In this document: positions 18,191 to 28,085 of the stretch, piece after piece
Numbering within the stretch: position 1 is the stretch's first letter
How the letters are laid out: each line of letters starts with the position of its first letter
DNA from: an uncultured Clostridia bacterium
GTDB lineage: Bacteria > Bacillota > Clostridia > Christensenellales > UBA1242
Assembly (NCBI GenBank): GCA_934756675.1
Contig: CAKVLG010000002.1
Coordinates: forward strand, 64,339-128,338
Length of the DNA stretch: 64,000 nucleotides
Direction of reading: 5' to 3'
The notes under the pieces: model-generated
Seen by the model: only the letters and a program-made list of their open reading frames with translations
Told to the model about the DNA's origin: nothing
Database searches by the model: none
Program-made: the position numbers and the translations under genes

Positions 18191-20287
18191 ATGAATTGTA
18201 AATTACATAACAAACTAGAGGTTATTCAAGGCGGAAAAACTATTGTTGCATATAACTCAATGTTGGAAACGGTGTATTCTGCAATTGCAAATCTTAAAGA
18301 TTATTTTAAATATATTGTTGTTGGAACGGGAACAACGGAAACTACATTCACAATGACAAAACTTGCTAGCTATTCTGGCGGCGGATATTTGCTTACAACA
18401 GATGCTGTGTCAGCTGATATTAATGCTGATGAGTTATATGTGAAAAAATCTTTTACGTTTGGTGAAAACGATTATAGCGGGCTTACATTTAGTGAAATTG
18501 GCATAACAGATGATTCTGCTAGTAACCCAGATATTTATAATAGAATATTGTTAAAAGATAGTTCTGGCAATGCATTAACTGTAACTAAACGTGATGGTGA
18601 ATCGTTGACGTTGCGTATGACTGTTTATCTTGAAATAGACACTGATTCTAAACATTATTTTACGCTTGGTGAAAATGCACTAATAAAACAATTGATGGGC
18701 GAACATGTTGCGGATAACAAAAACTTATTTGCGATTCGTGGAAGCAACACGTCTGATAATTCTCAGTCAATTGACAGGCTTTTGCCACTTGGTGGGCAAT
18801 CAAAATGTGCGGCAACTGTCGAGGGGTCGGCAAGTGAAAACACCTTTAAAGTGAACTTTGTTGCAAACCTTGGTAATGGCGCGGCAAGAGAAATTGTTTT
18901 TATTTATGCAAACACTGTTGTTGCGCGAGTTAACATAGAAGATAAAGCTGTTATCTATAGAGGTGCACAAGCAATAACTTCAGATTATATGGGGTTTGTA
19001 GACTTTGGTGAAAACTTCAACAACTTCGAAAGTTTAAGTGCAAGTAATGCTCAAAAAAATGTAACAGAAAACGATTTTAAAATAAGTAAGTACACGAGAA
19101 GTCTTGGCGAACAGATTAAAAAAGTTCCTGATTTCAAGCATTTTAAACTGAAGGAAAATAGCAAACTTTTGATGTCGCCAGATGGAAAATCTTTTGTGCT
19201 TGGTCTTGAAAATAATATTCAGTATGGAATATATAAAGTTATGCCGAGCGGTGGTATTGTTGAAATATGTGACAATGCATACAATGATGATGAATGCCGA
19301 ACAGCAAGATTTTATGATTGTGAAATGTATTACTTTACGACAATTATTAATAAGTTTTCACATTATGTTGTTGAAAATGGTGTGCTTGTTTCAAAACCAA
19401 TTGAAAACAACAAAATCAGCTTAATTTATGATCTAAGCAAACTGAAAGATTTTGATGTAAGTATTGCAACAAATGGTCATTTACTTATTGGTATGATTAT
19501 CGAGTCAAATAACAAACAAATTGGCAGTGTGATTGCACTTGAAAAAGATGAAGCTACTGGTGGCTATAAATATCTTTCACATAAAGAAGCAACAATTGAA
19601 AATGTAGACAAAATGGTGTCGTGCCCAAAAGAATGTCATGGCGATGGTGGTTTTTTATTTTTCTCACAATCGACAACTAAGACCGAAAGTGGTAAGGCAA
19701 TTGAGTACGTGACTGAAACTAGCACAAAAATAATAGAAAATGATCAATTTGTGAACTTGGTTCACTTGCCAAACTGTTTTAAAGTTTTGTGTGCAAAAGA
19801 CTTTTTAATTTGTTTAATTCAAGGAACGGCAGCAAATAGAGTTATGATTTATGATATTGTGAATGATAAACATACAAATATTGGTGCAAATACTGTGAAT
19901 GATAATATATATGGGAATGAGGGAAATGATAAATATTTTGTTCAAAACGACCCAGATGGTAATTTTGATGCGCTTATGTATAGAGTGAAATACCACGAAT
20001 TAAAACCATTTGAAGATACTTTGCCATTTGATAAAAGTAATGTATTAAAAGCGTTTTTTGCTAAAGATGTAGTCGTATTTATTGTAAAGATGGCTTCCGG
20101 TGATATTGTAATGCGAGCATATACCCTTGATGAAACATATTTGTATGGCGTTAATTTTGACTGTCCAAACGAAATTTATTTTGGTGATATTTATTATAAA
20201 AAGTATATTGGTACAGATGAATATCAGGGCGTACAAGCAAAACTTACTATTAAAATTGATGGGCCGATAGTAGAGGAAAATACATAA
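18191..20287 (+). CDS. Large phage tail protein; second fibre or spike candidate
   Basis: AGGAG SD precedes ATG 18191 (MNCKLHNKLE...). The track's 18131 start overlaps the upstream gene. 698 aa. Confidence 0.55.
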   Translation: MNCKLHNKLEVIQGGKTIVAYNSMLETVYSAIANLKDYFKYIVVGTGTTETTFTMTKLASYSGGGYLLTTDAVSADINADELYVKKSFTFGENDYSGLTFSEIGITDDSASNPDIYNRILLKDSSGNALTVTKRDGESLTLRMTVYLEIDTDSKHYFTLGENALIKQLMGEHVADNKNLFAIRGSNTSDNSQSIDRLLPLGGQSKCAATVEGSASENTFKVNFVANLGNGAAREIVFIYANTVVARVNIEDKAVIYRGAQAITSDYMGFVDFGENFNNFESLSASNAQKNVTENDFKISKYTRSLGEQIKKVPDFKHFKLKENSKLLMSPDGKSFVLGLENNIQYGIYKVMPSGGIVEICDNAYNDDECRTARFYDCEMYYFTTIINKFSHYVVENGVLVSKPIENNKISLIYDLSKLKDFDVSIATNGHLLIGMIIESNNKQIGSVIALEKDEATGGYKYLSHKEATIENVDKMVSCPKECHGDGGFLFFSQSTTKTESGKAIEYVTETSTKIIENDQFVNLVHLPNCFKVLCAKDFLICLIQGTAANRVMIYDIVNDKHTNIGANTVNDNIYGNEGNDKYFVQNDPDGNFDALMYRVKYHELKPFEDTLPFDKSNVLKAFFAKDVVVFIVKMASGDIVMRAYTLDETYLYGVNFDCPNEIYFGDIYYKKYIGTDEYQGVQAKLTIKIDGPIVEENT

Positions 20288-20541
20288 TGCAATTTAATAG
20301 AAAGCTTGCAAAAATTGGCAAAGGTAAGTTTGCTAGTGGCTATGTTGAAAGTGATGGCAATATCATAATTTATCTTAATAGTGGTGGTATTCAAAAGAAA
20401 TTACTTTCGCAAAACGATGATGTAATTAACCTAACAAATAAAGAAATTATTTCTGGAAAAAGTGAAATAATTAAAGTTTCTGAATCTGTATTTGTTCAAA
20501 GAATATTGCAAAAGGTAGCGATAAGAAGTAGTGATAAATAA
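20287..20541 (+). CDS. Hypothetical small phage protein
   Basis: 84 aa with a TAATG overlap. Last gene of the first coupled block. Confidence 0.45.
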   Translation: MQFNRKLAKIGKGKFASGYVESDGNIIIYLNSGGIQKKLLSQNDDVINLTNKEIISGKSEIIKVSESVFVQRILQKVAIRSSDK

Positions 20542-20655
20542 TAATCAAAATTTAACAAAAAACGCAAAAATGTACTTTATCAATATGCAAAAACACATAA
20601 ATATATACAATTTATTCAATAAAAATAGAAATGAATAATTTTTAGGAGAGTAAAA

Positions 20656-21543
20656 ATGTCTAATAAAAATGAAGAAAAAGAAAGGGAAAATGATCCAATA
20701 AAACATCTAGAAGAAATCCAAAAGAAGTATGGTAATCTTGATTATATAGATGCTCCACCAACTCTTGGCTTAGAGAAAAAGACGTTCAATGATATGAGCA
20801 ATGACGAACTCTTGGATTATGCATTGAAGTCTGTCGATAAAACTCAGACCGACAAAAATAAACAAGAAATATCCGATTTGTATGGCGGCAAGATTGATAA
20901 AAAGAATGATAAAAAAACCGAGCTTGAAGAAACTGGTAAAAAATCACAATCAATTATAAATGCAGCTTATGATAAGTCGAGTAAAAATTTATCAAATGAT
21001 GCATTGAAGCGCGGACTTGCACGTTCGTCTATTGTGATCAATCAATTGTCAGGGTTAGAAGAAAATCGTGCAAAAGATTTGGTTGAAGAGATGAACACAA
21101 TTAATACTAAAATGAGTAATATTTCCGAAGAGATTGCTGAACTTGAAAAATCGAGAGATAGTGCACTTGAAGATTTAGACATAAGTTATGCGAAATCGCT
21201 TGAAAAATCAATTAGTGAGAAACGCAAGGAACTCGACAAAGAAAAAGAAGAAGTATTTGCGTTTAACAATAAAGTTGACCAGCTTGAAGCTGACTATCAA
21301 ATTGAACTCGAAAAACAAAGAAAAGCAAAAAGGAAAGAAAACATGGAGTACCGTGCAAAATATGGATATACATTAGATGAGCTTAAAATGCAGAACGAGA
21401 TGTATAACTATATGATGAACTATCTTGGTAACATGTCGAAGAAAGATGCACTTGCTGAACTGCTTGGTAAAAGTGAATACGAAAGATTGCTTGGAGATAA
21501 ATATTTAGAAATATATGCTTTCACAAGAAATAGAAAGTTGTAG
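20656..21543 (+). CDS. Coiled-coil, charged hypothetical protein
   Basis: 295 aa with an AGGAGAG SD. Very rich in K, E and D with heptad-like stretches. Confidence 0.5.
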   Translation: MSNKNEEKERENDPIKHLEEIQKKYGNLDYIDAPPTLGLEKKTFNDMSNDELLDYALKSVDKTQTDKNKQEISDLYGGKIDKKNDKKTELEETGKKSQSIINAAYDKSSKNLSNDALKRGLARSSIVINQLSGLEENRAKDLVEEMNTINTKMSNISEEIAELEKSRDSALEDLDISYAKSLEKSISEKRKELDKEKEEVFAFNNKVDQLEADYQIELEKQRKAKRKENMEYRAKYGYTLDELKMQNEMYNYMMNYLGNMSKKDALAELLGKSEYERLLGDKYLEIYAFTRNRKL

Positions 21544-21554
21544 GGAGATAGAAA

Positions 21555-22133
21555 ATGTTTACTCAATTAAAATTACGTATGAAGACATACAACTTTTGGA
21601 TAAGCTTAGTCAGTGCTATTGTGTTAGTGCTTAGAATAATAGGTGACAAATACAACTTTTTTGTAGATGCATCTCTTATTATGGACGTTACGACTGGGCT
21701 TTGTTCAATCTTTGTGGTGCTTGGAATAATATCTGCACCAACAAACAAAAAAGAGGATAAAATTATGAATGAAGATGTTATTGGAAGATTTAATCAAGTT
21801 AATATTAATGGTGGTACTAACACTGAAACTGATGAAGTTGATAAAAAAATAACAGAAGAACAAGAAAATATTGCACTTGATACTTCTGCAGAAAACAATG
21901 TGTCAAATAATGTTATAGTGCCAGAAAATGTGATTCAACAAGAAGCTGTCAATAATGAAAAAGATGCTTATATTGAAAAAGATAATGTAAAAAACATTAC
22001 AAATATTGCAGAAAACGTACAACCAACAATGCAACTTGTTGAAAACTATGAAGATAAGCAATATCGACAAACCATTAAAAAAGATATTGTTAACTTGCTT
22101 ACTTTATTAATAGAGAAAATCGAAGAGATTTAA
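21555..22133 (+). CDS. Holin-like protein with a long N/E-rich C-terminal tail
   Basis: GGGAGA SD. The N-terminus LRMKTYNFWISLVSAIVLVLRIIG plus a second TM helix (VTTGLCSIFVVLGIISAP) resembles the phiLC3-type holin pattern (KNKxFWxALxSA...). Confidence 0.5.
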   Translation: MFTQLKLRMKTYNFWISLVSAIVLVLRIIGDKYNFFVDASLIMDVTTGLCSIFVVLGIISAPTNKKEDKIMNEDVIGRFNQVNINGGTNTETDEVDKKITEEQENIALDTSAENNVSNNVIVPENVIQQEAVNNEKDAYIEKDNVKNITNIAENVQPTMQLVENYEDKQYRQTIKKDIVNLLTLLIEKIEEI

Positions 22134-22134
22134 T

Positions 22135-22164
22135 ATGCCGCCGCTTAGGCGGTATATTTTTTTT
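22135..22164 (+). terminator. Intrinsic terminator closing the phage-like cluster
   Basis: ATGCCGCC-GCTTA-GGCGGTAT stem-loop followed by T8. Confidence 0.75.
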
Positions 22165-22258
22165 GTAAATTAGTTGAAATTTTTTTTATAGTATTGTATA
22201 ATAAACTAATTAGTAAGACTTTTGTTGCAGAATAAAAAATTTTAGCAGGGGTAATATT

Positions 22259-23158
22259 ATGTCATATAAGAACTCTATGAAGCTATTAACTTCATCATTC
22301 GGGCTAGTGTGGAAACAACTTTTTTATTGTTTGCTTTGCGCACTGCTTTCTATTGGATCGGCTTATTTGTTTTTAAGACCGGTAATTGATTGTTTAAATA
22401 ATGCTGGTTGGATTGACCAGTTTGTTTCGATATTCGAAACTGTGTATGTAAACTTCAAAGAGATTGGTGATGTTGTAACACAAACATTTACAAACTTTTT
22501 TATGATAATTAAAACAAACTTTTCTTCGCTTTGGTTTTCATTCTTGTGTATGTTTTTAATTTCTTACATGTTGCCACAAGTTTTGATTAACTATTCACAA
22601 TTTGTTTTGTGTAAGATCGAAAGTGATCAAATGTCTAGTTTGCTCAAATCTGGTTATACAAAAACATGTTTCGAAAATGTTAGATTGGGGCTTTTATATT
22701 CGCTTGCAAAATTTATCTATACTTTACCATTTGTAATTTTAGAATTGCTATTTGTATACTTCTACATCAAAACTGCAGTTACTCCAGTTTTAACTATAAT
22801 ACTTTTGCCACTTATTTCACTTGTTATGATTGTTATCGATTCGATAAGATTAACAGTGTTCAGCTGCTTTGCTGGTGTTGTTATGGAAACAGGGAAGAAT
22901 CCGTTTAAAGGTTTATTTAAAAGTATTGTAACTCTTGGAAAGTCGTTTGGTAGAGTGCTTTCTAACTCAATTGCTATTGTGCTTACAATTATTGCTGTCA
23001 ATGCGTTTGTTGGCTTGTTTACGGTGCTTGCTGGTTTGCTTATCACTGTTCCTGCAACAATGGTGTTTATTGCAATTTTTTATGATGTAGTATATTTCAG
23101 TGCTACAAACAAAAGGTATTACTTAACAAATTCATTAATTGTTAACCCAGTTAACTAA
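22259..23158 (+). CDS. Polytopic membrane protein, function unknown
   Basis: 299 aa with multiple hydrophobic helices throughout. Confidence 0.6.
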   Translation: MSYKNSMKLLTSSFGLVWKQLFYCLLCALLSIGSAYLFLRPVIDCLNNAGWIDQFVSIFETVYVNFKEIGDVVTQTFTNFFMIIKTNFSSLWFSFLCMFLISYMLPQVLINYSQFVLCKIESDQMSSLLKSGYTKTCFENVRLGLLYSLAKFIYTLPFVILELLFVYFYIKTAVTPVLTIILLPLISLVMIVIDSIRLTVFSCFAGVVMETGKNPFKGLFKSIVTLGKSFGRVLSNSIAIVLTIIAVNAFVGLFTVLAGLLITVPATMVFIAIFYDVVYFSATNKRYYLTNSLIVNPVN

Positions 23159-23178
23159 AAAATAAAAAGGAAATATTT

Positions 23179-25107
23179 ATGACAGAATTAACTAATTTAA
23201 AAAAAGCTCGACTAGAGAAAAAACAAAAACAAGCAGGTGACAGAATTGACCAATTTTTAGCTGCACCTGTCAAAAAGACAACTGTGCCAGCATTTGACAA
23301 AAGTTCTGGCAAGGTGAAAAAAAGAGTATTTACAGACGATAGCTCGTCAAAAGGCGTTGCTAGTGCTGGCGCTCCAAAAGTGGTAAAAAAAGCTAAGACA
23401 ACAAAAAGTTCTAAAAAAGCAGACGAAAAAGTAGTTGCCGTTCCAGAAGTTAAGGTAAAGGCAGGCTCAATCAAGGTTGTGTTCCTTGGTGGTATTGGTG
23501 AAATTGGTAAAAACATAACAGCAATTGAATATGGTAATGATATTGTTATTGTTGATTGCGGTTTGGCTTTCCCAAGCGAAGATATGCCTGGTATTGATTT
23601 GGTTATCCCAGATTTTACATACCTAAAAGCAAATGCTGATAAAATTCGTGGTATTTGTATTACTCACGGTCACGAAGACCATATAGGTTCACTTCCATAT
23701 TTGCTAAAAGATATAAAGGTTCCAGTTTATGGTAGCGACCTTTCACTTGCTCTTCTCGATAACAAACTTCATGAACACAAAATCACAGGTGTACCTATGG
23801 GCATTGTTCGCGGAAGACAAGTTGTTAAACTTGGCTGCATGTCAGTTGAATTTATCACAGTCAACCACAGTATTCCTGGTGCGTTTGCGCTTTGCATAAC
23901 AACACCAGCTGGCATAGTCTTTCACACGGGCGACTTTAAGATTGATTATGAGCCAATTGATGGCAAAGTTATCGATTTGCCACGTATTGCAGAAATTGGT
24001 AGAAAAGGTGTAACTCTTTTGCTTTGTGAAAGTACAAACATCGAGCGTCCAGGATATACAGCTTCAGAACGTACAATCGGTGAAAAACTAGAAGATATAT
24101 TTATTGATAATGCGGAAAAGAGATTGTTTGTTGCAACATTCGCAAGTAACATTTTTCGTTTGGAACAAATTATTCAACTTGCTATTAAATATGATAGAAA
24201 AGTTGCTGTTGTTGGTCGCAGCATGGTCAACAACATCGATACTGGTATGCGACTTGGTCTTTTTAAGTTCGACAAAGAAGTATTTGTTGATATTGAAAAA
24301 GCTGGCATGATCGAAGATAAGCATCTTTTAATTCTTTCAACTGGTAGCCAAGGGGAACCAACAAGTGCTATGAGTAGGCTTGCAAATGGCGAATTCCCAA
24401 AAGTTGAAATAGGCGATAACGATACAATTATTTTGTCGTCTTCTCCGATTCCTGGCAACGAAAATATGGTTAATAGAGTAATCAATAACCTTTATAAAAA
24501 AGGTGCAACGGTTATTCATGAAAATGTACATACATCTGGCCATGCTTGCCAAGAAGAAATCAAAATTATGCATGCATTGCTAAAACCAAAATACTTTATG
24601 CCTGTTCATGGTGAATATAGACATCTTAAAGAGCATTGCAATCTTGCCGAAAAACTTGGCATGGACAAACAAAGTATGTTGATTCCAGAAATTGGTATGG
24701 TTGTTGAAGTAAACAAACAACATATTATGAAACGTGGTGTTGTTCCGGCTGGCGAATTACTTGTCGATGGTCTTGGCATTGGCGATGCAGATAGTGGCGT
24801 TCTTCGTGACAGAAAATTGCTCAGCGAAGACGGTTTGGCTGTTGCTGTAATTGCTGTTTCAGCATCAACAGGTGCGCCTGTTAATGAACCATATTTAATC
24901 ACACGTGGTTTTGCATATAATGGCGAAGTTGAACAACTTTGCGAAGAAGGTAAACAAGTATTGCTCGACACACTTGCAACTGTTAAGATTAATGAGTTTG
25001 ATGATTGGAATGAACTTCGTAACACAATTCGCAAACCACTTCGCAACTTCTTCTATAAAAAGACAAAACGTACACCAATGATTTTGACGGTTGTATATAA
25101 GGTATAA
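23179..25107 (+). CDS. rnj: Ribonuclease J with a Lys-rich N-terminal extension
   Basis: 642 aa. Metallo-beta-lactamase HGHEDHIG motif with a beta-CASP-type layout. About 95 aa of K/A/V-rich extension precede the catalytic core. Confidence 0.9.
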   Translation: MTELTNLKKARLEKKQKQAGDRIDQFLAAPVKKTTVPAFDKSSGKVKKRVFTDDSSSKGVASAGAPKVVKKAKTTKSSKKADEKVVAVPEVKVKAGSIKVVFLGGIGEIGKNITAIEYGNDIVIVDCGLAFPSEDMPGIDLVIPDFTYLKANADKIRGICITHGHEDHIGSLPYLLKDIKVPVYGSDLSLALLDNKLHEHKITGVPMGIVRGRQVVKLGCMSVEFITVNHSIPGAFALCITTPAGIVFHTGDFKIDYEPIDGKVIDLPRIAEIGRKGVTLLLCESTNIERPGYTASERTIGEKLEDIFIDNAEKRLFVATFASNIFRLEQIIQLAIKYDRKVAVVGRSMVNNIDTGMRLGLFKFDKEVFVDIEKAGMIEDKHLLILSTGSQGEPTSAMSRLANGEFPKVEIGDNDTIILSSSPIPGNENMVNRVINNLYKKGATVIHENVHTSGHACQEEIKIMHALLKPKYFMPVHGEYRHLKEHCNLAEKLGMDKQSMLIPEIGMVVEVNKQHIMKRGVVPAGELLVDGLGIGDADSGVLRDRKLLSEDGLAVAVIAVSASTGAPVNEPYLITRGFAYNGEVEQLCEEGKQVLLDTLATVKINEFDDWNELRNTIRKPLRNFFYKKTKRTPMILTVVYKV

Positions 25108-25108
25108 A

Positions 25109-25714
25109 ATGGAAGACGAAGAACAATTACGCGGCTATGCGGAAGTTAGGGGTGTGCCAATATTGCGAGAAGCAAGCCATAAAAAGCTGGCTAGTCTTGT
25201 TGAAAAATATAAGCCAAAACACATTTTAGAAATTGGTACGGCTATTGGATATAGCGGCATCACAATGCTCGAAAATTGTGACGGCGACCTTGTGACTATT
25301 GAACTTATGCAAAAAAGCAGCGAACTTGCAAAACAAAACTTTGCAAACGCTGGCCTTGAAAACAGAGTTACGGTTATTAACGGAGATGCAAAATTTGTGC
25401 TTACCGAAATGATATGTGACGATGCAAATCTTGGAAAGTTTGACTTTGTATTTCTCGATGGTGCTAAGGGGCAATATATAAAAATGCTAGAAAGTATCTT
25501 GATGCTTCTTGCTCCTGATGGAATTTTAGTGGCAGACAATGTTATGTTTCGCGGGTATATTGATGGCAGCGTAAAAGCTCCACGCCGATTTAAGACAATT
25601 GTAAAACGTTTGCAAGAATTTATTAAAACTTGTTACGAAAGTGACGAGTTAAAAGTTATCGAGCTTGATAAAAGTGAAGATGGCATGCTTATTTGCAAAA
25701 AGGAGAAATTATGA
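25109..25714 (+). CDS. Class I SAM-dependent O-methyltransferase (YrrM/TrmR-like)
   Basis: ATG 25109 (MEDEEQL...). SAM-binding ILEIGTAIGYSG motif. Paired with a U32 peptidase gene as in B. subtilis yrrM-yrrNO. Confidence 0.75.
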   Translation: MEDEEQLRGYAEVRGVPILREASHKKLASLVEKYKPKHILEIGTAIGYSGITMLENCDGDLVTIELMQKSSELAKQNFANAGLENRVTVINGDAKFVLTEMICDDANLGKFDFVFLDGAKGQYIKMLESILMLLAPDGILVADNVMFRGYIDGSVKAPRRFKTIVKRLQEFIKTCYESDELKVIELDKSEDGMLICKKEKL

Positions 25715-26934
25715 GAAGGGTAGAATTGCTTGCTCCGGCTGGCGATATGGAAAAGTTAAAAACGGCTTTGCATTTTGGTGCAGATGCTGTTTATTTTGCT
25801 GGCAAAAATTATGGACTTCGAGCTTTTAGTTCGAACTTTGATAACAGTGAAATAAAAGAAGCTGTTGAATATTGTCATAATCGTGGCAAACGTTGCTATG
25901 TTACGCTAAATGTTTTTGCAAGAGATTGGGATTTTGAAAAATTGCCAGAATATTTGCAACAACTTGTTGATGCAAATGTTGATGCTGTCATTGTTTCTGA
26001 CCTTGGCGTTTTTGCCTTTGTAAAGCAATACGCACCTTCACTTGAAGTACATATTTCAACACAAGCAAATACTACAAATAAATATTCTGTTCGCGCATAC
26101 AAAGAACTTGGTGCATCAAGAGTTATTCTTGCTCGCGAACTTTCGAAAGAAGAGATTAAAAAGATTACAGAGTTTAATCCAGACATTGATATTGAAGTGT
26201 TTGTTCATGGTGCAATGTGTATTTCTTATAGTGGCAGATGCTTGCTTTCGAACTATTTTACTGGCAGAGATTCCAATCATGGCGAATGTGTGCAAGCATG
26301 CAGATGGCACTATCAAATAATAGAAGATTCTAGACCAGAACAAAAACTTGAAATAAGTGAAGATGAAAGGGGTACGTATCTATTAAATAGTAAAGACATG
26401 TGTTTAATTGAGCACTTGGATGAACTTTACGATGCTGGGGTTACAAGTTTTAAGATTGAAGGTAGAATGAAATCGTCTTATTATGTTGCAACGGTTGTAA
26501 ATGCATATAGAAAAGCACTTAATTTGTTGTATGCGTCAAAGGAAAAAGGTAAGCCTTTCAAACTTCCAAAAGAGCTAAGATTAGAATTAAACAAAGCTAG
26601 CCACAGAGATTATACAACTGGCTTTTTCACACATGATGGTGATGTAAGGCAAAAATATGATAGCAGCTCTCAAAAGCAAGAAAGTGTTTTTGTTGGAATG
26701 ATTGAAAAAATTGAAGAAAATAGAATACTTGTGGAACAACGTAATAAATTTGAAATTGGCGACACTTTGGAATTGCTTAGCCCAAGCATCCGCCATGGTG
26801 AAAAGATTAAAATCAAAAAAATGGAAGATGAAAAGGGTAACGAAATTACGGTTGCTAAAGATGTTCAACAAAAACTTTGGATATATCTAAACAATACCGA
26901 AAATATTTATGCTGGCGACATACTTAGAAAATAA
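25711..26934 (+). CDS. Peptidase U32 family protein (YrrN/YrrO, TrhP-like)
   Basis: AAGGAG SD precedes ATG 25711 (MRRVELLAPAGD...), a typical U32 N-terminus. About 407 aa. Confidence 0.8.
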   Translation: MRRVELLAPAGDMEKLKTALHFGADAVYFAGKNYGLRAFSSNFDNSEIKEAVEYCHNRGKRCYVTLNVFARDWDFEKLPEYLQQLVDANVDAVIVSDLGVFAFVKQYAPSLEVHISTQANTTNKYSVRAYKELGASRVILARELSKEEIKKITEFNPDIDIEVFVHGAMCISYSGRCLLSNYFTGRDSNHGECVQACRWHYQIIEDSRPEQKLEISEDERGTYLLNSKDMCLIEHLDELYDAGVTSFKIEGRMKSSYYVATVVNAYRKALNLLYASKEKGKPFKLPKELRLELNKASHRDYTTGFFTHDGDVRQKYDSSSQKQESVFVGMIEKIEENRILVEQRNKFEIGDTLELLSPSIRHGEKIKIKKMEDEKGNEITVAKDVQQKLWIYLNNTENIYAGDILRK

Positions 26935-26940
26935 AAAATG

Positions 26941-26968
26941 AAAGAGCAATAGCTCTTTTATTTTTATT
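26941..26968 (+). terminator. Intrinsic terminator
   Basis: AAAGAGC-AATA-GCTCTTT followed by a T-rich tract. Confidence 0.7.
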
Positions 26969-27027
26969 GCTAAATTTTGTAATAAAATGGTGAAATGTGT
27001 AATAAGATTGTAAAAACGGGGGCGAAT

Positions 27028-27729
27028 ATGTTTTTCTCTTTTATTATAAAATTGTTGTCTAAAATATTTTTCTTTACAGGTAGAATTTCTGGTACAAAAA
27101 CATTTTTAAAACCGCTTAAACCAGAAGAAGAAAAGGCTTGCTTTATTAAATTTAAAAATGGTGATAAACAGGCTGAAGAAAAACTAATAAAACACAATAT
27201 GCGACTAGTTGCTCATGTTGTAAGAAAATACACACCACCAGCAAGTTTTGGTAAAGATGATTTGATTAGTGTTGGAACAATTGGACTTATAAAGGCAATA
27301 AGAAATTACTCGCTTGATGCTGGAAATACATTTTCAACTTTTGCGGCAAGGTGTATTGAAAATGAAATATTGATGTTGCTTCGCAGCCAAAAGAAACACA
27401 ATGGTGAAATCAATTTAGAGCAAAGTGTGGGGCGCGATAAAGATGGTGAAGAGCTGCGGCTAATGGATGTTTTACCAGCAAGCGGAAATGATGTTGAAGA
27501 AAGTATAAGCAATAGTTTGTTCTATGAAAAAATCAAAGCAGTCATTCATAAATGTTTGACGCAAACGGAAATCTATATCATAGAATCACGCTATGGGTTA
27601 AATGGGAAAGAAAGACAAACGCAAGAAAAAATAGCAACCGAGCTTGGCATTAGCAGGTCATATGTTTCGCGGATAGAAAACGATGCAATTGTGAAACTAA
27701 GAAATAATATAAAAGGTGTCTTGTCTTGA
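27028..27729 (+). CDS. sigK: Sporulation sigma factor, pro-sigma-K type; uninterrupted
   Basis: Hydrophobic pro-sequence MFFSFIIKLLSKIFFF. RLVAHVVRKY, CIENEILM and GISRSYVSRIE closely match B. subtilis SigK motifs. GGGGG SD precedes ATG 27028. Confidence 0.8.
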   Translation: MFFSFIIKLLSKIFFFTGRISGTKTFLKPLKPEEEKACFIKFKNGDKQAEEKLIKHNMRLVAHVVRKYTPPASFGKDDLISVGTIGLIKAIRNYSLDAGNTFSTFAARCIENEILMLLRSQKKHNGEINLEQSVGRDKDGEELRLMDVLPASGNDVEESISNSLFYEKIKAVIHKCLTQTEIYIIESRYGLNGKERQTQEKIATELGISRSYVSRIENDAIVKLRNNIKGVLS

Positions 27730-27754
27730 CAAAGTCGTGTTACTATGCTAGAAT
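27726..27754 (+). promoter_or_regulatory. SigA-type promoter of rnpB
   Basis: TTGACA (27726-27731), 17-nt spacer, TGcTAGAAT extended -10 (27749-27754). The -35 element overlaps the sigK stop codon. Confidence 0.7.
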
Positions 27755-27760
27755 AATTGA

Positions 27761-28084
27761 GTCTACTGGGTAACCGCGCTAGTAGTAATACGGTGAGGAA
27801 AGTCCGAGCATCACAGAGCAAATGCACTTGATAACGTCAAGCTAGAGTAATCTAAGAAAAAGGGCAACAGAAAGATACCGCCAAGAAATTGGTAAGGGTG
27901 AAAAAGCGAGGTAAGAGCTCACTCAAAATTATGGTGACATAGTTTTGCTGTAAACTTTGCATGATGCAAGATGTGGGACATATGGGCTGCTCGTCCGTCC
28001 CCAAGATCGCAAATAAGTTTGCTAGCAATAGCAAAAGAAGATTGATGGTTACCAAATACAGAACTCGGCTTATAGGTAGACAAA
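27761..28084 (+). ncRNA. rnpB: RNase P RNA, bacterial class A
   Basis: Contains GAGGAAAGTCCGAGC, GGGCAACAGAAAG..ACCGCC, GGTAAGGGTGAAA..GGTAAGAGCTCAC and ACAGAACTCGGCTTATAGGTAGAC. P1 pairing joins GTCTACT (27761-) to GGTAGAC (28075-28081). The ends are approximate. Confidence 0.9.
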
Positions 28085-28085
28085 A

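Noticed and set aside
20560-20574. A fourth copy of the bipartite motif upstream of gene 20656.
   Set aside because: Only box 1 is present, with one change (AAAAAACGCAAAAAT). No AGTGAAA lies at the expected spacing. It is kept as a half-site note within the motif finding, not as a full copy.
27591-28055. Two minus-strand ORFs (27591-27827 and 27852-28055).
   Set aside because: Between them they overlap the 3' end of sigK and the RNase P RNA gene, and neither has translation signals.
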